A DNA stretch of 64,000 nucleotides from an uncultured bacterium (GTDB taxonomy: Bacteria; Krumholzibacteriota; Krumholzibacteriia; Krumholzibacteriales; Krumholzibacteriaceae). The DNA lies in the NCBI GenBank assembly GCA_963786935.1, contig CAWBAN010000001.1:1216001-1280000 (forward strand). The letters run 5' to 3'. The position numbers and the translations under genes are program-made. Position 1 is the stretch's first letter. The number at the start of each line of letters is the position of its first letter. The notes beneath the pieces are model-generated. The model did no database searches. It saw only the letters and a list, made by a program, of their open reading frames with translations, and was not told the DNA's origin. Below, piece by piece: positions 63,602-64,000 of the stretch.

Positions 63602-64000
63602 ATGCTCATCACAAGGATCATATCGACGTTCCTGATTGCGCTCTCGATCGCGTCGGTGAGTGCGCATGCGCAGACGCTCGCTCAATTCGGCGGCGCCTCC
63701 GCGTCGGCTGACGGCGAGGGCGCAGTCTTCATGCTCGCCGGAAACGACGCCTTCCGCGCCGGCGTCGGCGCGCGGTTCAACATCGCGCGCGTGAGCGATT
63801 TCGGAGTGCAGTTCGGCGTCGACCGCGAGTGCGAGGAGACCTTCTACGGCGGCGGCGTCGACCTCAAGATCGTCGTGCTCGAACGCACGCCGCGCCTGCC
63901 GATCGCCGTCGCGCTCGACGCCTCGGTCGGCGACCTGATGAACGACTCGGCGGGCAGATTCATCTTCGATTTCGGAATCCTCGTGAGCGGCTCCATCCCG
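63602..64000 (+). CDS. Secreted/outer-membrane beta-barrel-like protein, truncated by the window end
   Basis: Manual translation MLITRIISTFLIALSIASVSAHAQ (signal peptide), then amphipathic strands (AGVGARFNI, YGGGVDLKI); open to the end of the window. Confidence 0.65.
   Translation, partial: MLITRIISTFLIALSIASVSAHAQTLAQFGGASASADGEGAVFMLAGNDAFRAGVGARFNIARVSDFGVQFGVDRECEETFYGGGVDLKIVVLERTPRLPIAVALDASVGDLMNDSAGRFIFDFGILVSGSIP

Overview
64 kb of high-GC chromosome from a diderm, probably anaerobic or fermentative bacterium. Several secreted proteins with FlgD-Ig/'YPNPFN' C-terminal sorting-like domains and a gingipain-family C25 protease point to an FCB-group lineage such as Krumholzibacteriota/Latescibacterota/Eisenbacteria; this is inference only. 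Housekeeping genes include rlmN, eno, ftsB-like, initiator tRNA-Met, ktrA/ktrB-like, an ino1/suhB/LysR inositol module, degP, 2-oxoacid:ferredoxin oxidoreductase, ADP-forming acyl-CoA synthetase, lepA-hemW and nrdJ with NrdR boxes. There is also an ECF sigma/anti-sigma operon with an autoregulatory promoter. The most striking locus is at about 1.9-7.5 kb on the minus strand. A sigma70-driven 115-aa secreted protein gene lies directly upstream of a 1021-aa TPR-GAF-AAA+-HTH sigma54 activator. These are followed by about 900 bp of non-coding DNA with a perfect IHF site, a variant sigma54 promoter and two tandem structured sRNA candidates, then a canonical sigma54 promoter driving a lipoprotein. 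I interpret this as a candidate peptide-sensing (RRNPP-like sensor, LuxO/Qrr-like output) signalling circuit. Other oddities are an M6 metalloprotease homolog lacking all zinc ligands, a P-type ATPase frameshifted in a G7 run, and a compositionally distinct islet with a Ser/Thr kinase and a paralog of a 750-aa lipoprotein. I saw no CRISPR array, transposase or integrase. All assignments come from motif reading; no database searches were run.
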